A DNA stretch of 64,000 nt, taken from positions 23,338,063 to 23,402,062 of the forward strand of contig NC_092565.1 of the NCBI RefSeq assembly GCF_037975245.1. Direction: 5' to 3'. The number at the start of each line of letters is the position of its first letter. The stretch's first letter is position 1. Both the position numbers and the translations under genes were made by a program. Of the stretch, positions 62,199 through 64,000 are shown piece after piece. A model generated the notes under the pieces. The model was not told the origin of the DNA, did not search any database, and was given only the letters and a program-made list of their open reading frames with translations. Origin of the DNA: Apostichopus japonicus (Eukaryota).

Positions 62199-62751
62199 CT
62201 AATTCCAGCATTCCTCTAAATCTTTCATATCTTCGTCCTTGCTCACGTTGACGTTGCTTGTTACATCCGAGGACGACATCTCGGAAAATTTATTAACCAG
62301 GCTTTTCCTGTTGTTCTTTGCTTTATTGTTCAATTCAGAAGTGGAAATCCCTACTCTTTGAAGGGCTTCTAATAATTCTGTCGGGTTGAATGGGGGAGGG
62401 GACATTTGTGGGTCCAGGGTAACTTCATCCTCGGCAGGGGTACCGGTGGGGGTCTTTGGATTATTCAGAGGTATGCGTACGGCGAGAGAAGACTTTCCCG
62501 GAGTGAACTTAGCTGCAATGCTGGCGTACGATGGAGGGGCATTGTTATTAAGCGGTTGGATTGCACAGGGTACCTTGCTGTTGTCCTCTTGTCCAACTGT
62601 GAGCGGTGAAGCAGATCTACTGCCCTCGTGACTGGCAGTCAAACCGGAACTGACCGATGAGGTTACTGAGGTGTCCAGAGAGGACACCTCCTGGTCCATT
62701 GGGTGGTCATTCTCAGAGGAGATATCAGACCCGGTATCACTACTCAGCAGT
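62199..62751 (-). CDS. 3'-terminal exon of an unidentified Ser/Thr-rich protein with a PPxY motif (…LLSSDTGSDISSENDHPMDQEVSSLD…NAPPSYASIAAK…TELLEALQRVGISTSELNNKAK…DLEECWN*)
   Basis: A long ORF lies on the minus strand with a TAG stop at 62199-62201. A candidate acceptor ttctttttcctag|A sits at 62751. The frame is continuous with the candidate upstream exon at 63497-63637 (AG+A=Arg). I do not recognise the family. Confidence 0.5.
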
Positions 62752-62959
62752 CTAGGAAAAAGAACAAAGACATTCTCTTACTAATAATTCCATAATAATC
62801 ATAACAATAATTAATAATGGTGATTTATAACATGTGCATATCCACCCTGTAAGGTGCTCAAGGGGCGAGAGAGAAAGAAAGGAAAGAAAGCAACTGAACA
62901 ATTGTATAAAACATGTTCAAGATTCTTTTCACTACTCTCTCAGTAAGTTTCTCTACAAA

Positions 62960-63075
62960 GCATCAAAGCAAAGTCCAACAGCTGTGGTTAGGATAACTAG
63001 TTTGTGTCAAAAAACTACCAGCCTAACAACAGCTGTGGTTAGGAAAACAAGTTTGTGTCATAAAACTACCAGCCT
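62960..63075. repeat. About 54-bp direct repeat x2 (acagctgtggttagga.aac.agtttgtgtca.aaaactaccagcctaaca)
   Basis: It is directly visible and lies in the intron between the two minus-strand exons. It explains ORF 62834-63136. Confidence 0.7.
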
Positions 63076-63334
63076 AACAACCACTGAATTTGAAAAGGAT
63101 ACTTATGCAGAACATCGAGAAGGGGAAGGAAAATGAAGATCCTGACAAATACTGGTAAAAAAAAACGATCGCCAATGATAACGTAGATGCAAACATGGGA
63201 AGAAACATGCGTAGATTAAAACACTCCTTTGAATGGTAGATTCAGAAGAAAGTGAGGGCGCAGTGCTAAACATTCCAATCATGTTTGTTTAGGTAGATAG
63301 AAAATTACACTAGTTGATTGGAAGACAGTTAAGA

Positions 63335-63490
63335 GAGGAGCTAGGTAAATTATATGTTATTTCCTACATTGGTGGTACGTACACAGGTCTAGCACACATA
63401 CCAATTATATGTTATTTCCTACCGTGGTGGAGCACACATACCAATTATATGTTATTTCCTACCATGGAGGTACGTACAAAGGTGGAACAT
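63335..63490. repeat. About 45-bp direct repeat x3 (ataccaattatatgttatttcctac..tggtgg.acgtacacaggt)
   Basis: It is directly visible. Confidence 0.65.
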
Positions 63491-63496
63491 ACATAC

Positions 63497-63637
63497 CTTT
63501 TTGTTTGTCCTTTACCGTTGGGATCCCACTGGTGTAGATTTCTCCTCCAGATTCGGACTTGACTGTCCCACGACCTACGACTGCAGACCTGGAATTTGTT
63601 TGGTGACGATGGATGCTGCCCTCGCTTTCTCATTTTC
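63497..63637 (-). CDS. Candidate internal exon of the same minus-strand gene (…KMRKRGQHPSSPNKFQVCSRRSWDSQVRIWRRNLHQWDPNGKGQTK-)
   Basis: It is flanked on the minus strand by the acceptor catgttttcag|G and the donor AAAAAG|GTATGT. Only one frame is open. The phase agrees with the downstream exon. The composition is basic and RS-like, and there is no homology support. Confidence 0.35.
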
Positions 63638-64000
63638 CTGAAAACATGAATGCGAGTAATCCCATGATAAGAAAGCATTTCATTTCATAGAATTCTTTAA
63701 ATGGCCATTTTATTCATATGAGATGACTAAAACATCTTGTCCAACCATCAAACTACCCTTTAGGGGTTGCACTACTACAGATAACCAGCTCTTAGGTTTC
63801 TGTAAAAATGCAACTCGATTTGACAATTGTTTACTTGAGACTGGAAAGAATATTATAAAAGGAACATTTTATCAATTGAATTAGGCAAAAAGTAATAGCT
63901 GTTTTAAACATGGCAAATTGGTTACACTCTGCGAAGCAAAGAGAGGGATACAATCATTAATGAAAAACATTAATGGCTTGATATTAATTAATCTAATCAT

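Noticed and set aside
1-64000. Prokaryotic-style features (operons, RBS, CRISPR arrays, phage defence islands)
   Set aside because: The sequence is clearly eukaryotic, with spliced genes and SINE/MITE/minisatellite content. No CRISPR-like regularly spaced repeats are present. The long-ORF track is dominated by repeat artefacts and non-ATG (e.g. TTG) 'starts'.

Overview
This is eukaryotic (metazoan-type) nuclear DNA, not prokaryotic. It is AT-rich (about 36-38% GC by eye). Genes are split into short exons with canonical GT..AG introns of 0.5-4 kb. Minisatellites, MITEs, a SINE and G/C homopolymer runs are frequent. The six-frame ORF track is of limited use here, and it treats some non-ATG codons (e.g. 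TTG at 35119) as starts. I rebuilt gene models by hand from splice signals and from protein similarity that I recognise from memory; nothing was checked by search.

Three recognisable genes lie on the + strand or as a divergent pair:
1. A COX15 (heme A synthase) ortholog on +, about 8.9-17.7 kb, with 9 exons.
2. A head-to-head pair of two-exon Renilla-luciferase-like / haloalkane-dehalogenase-family (alpha/beta-hydrolase, HLD-II type) genes. The minus copy spans 20153-21864 and the plus copy 28062-29961, with a 6.2 kb shared upstream region between them.
3. A ZDHHC16-type DHHC palmitoyltransferase on +, 33971-46638, with 8 exons.

The two luciferase-like paralogs are the most interesting feature. 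Their exon-1 coding sequences are about 99% identical at nucleotide level. Their introns, 5' flanks and exon 2 are strongly diverged (about 70% aa, about 75% nt), which is a signature of gene conversion. A decayed third exon-1 copy (30990-31140) and three copies of the promoter-proximal module show the locus was once a larger tandem array. COX15 and ZDHHC16 are both on human 10q24, so the luciferase-like cluster sits inside a conserved linkage.

Other features:
- Two hAT-like MITEs of one family with 8-bp TSDs. Their internal motif is tandemly amplified upstream of the plus luciferase-like gene.
- A tRNA-derived SINE in ZDHHC16 intron 1.
- A 6.6-6.9 kb tandem segmental duplication (48056-54652 and 54653-61573, about 95% identity). 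It carries a copy-specific 196-bp retroposon whose first 46 nt are U2-snRNA-like, flanked by an 11-bp TSD.
- Several intronic minisatellites.
- The 3' end of a convergent unknown Ser-rich gene on the minus strand (62199-63637).

No CRISPR arrays, operons, rRNA genes or confident tRNA genes were seen.
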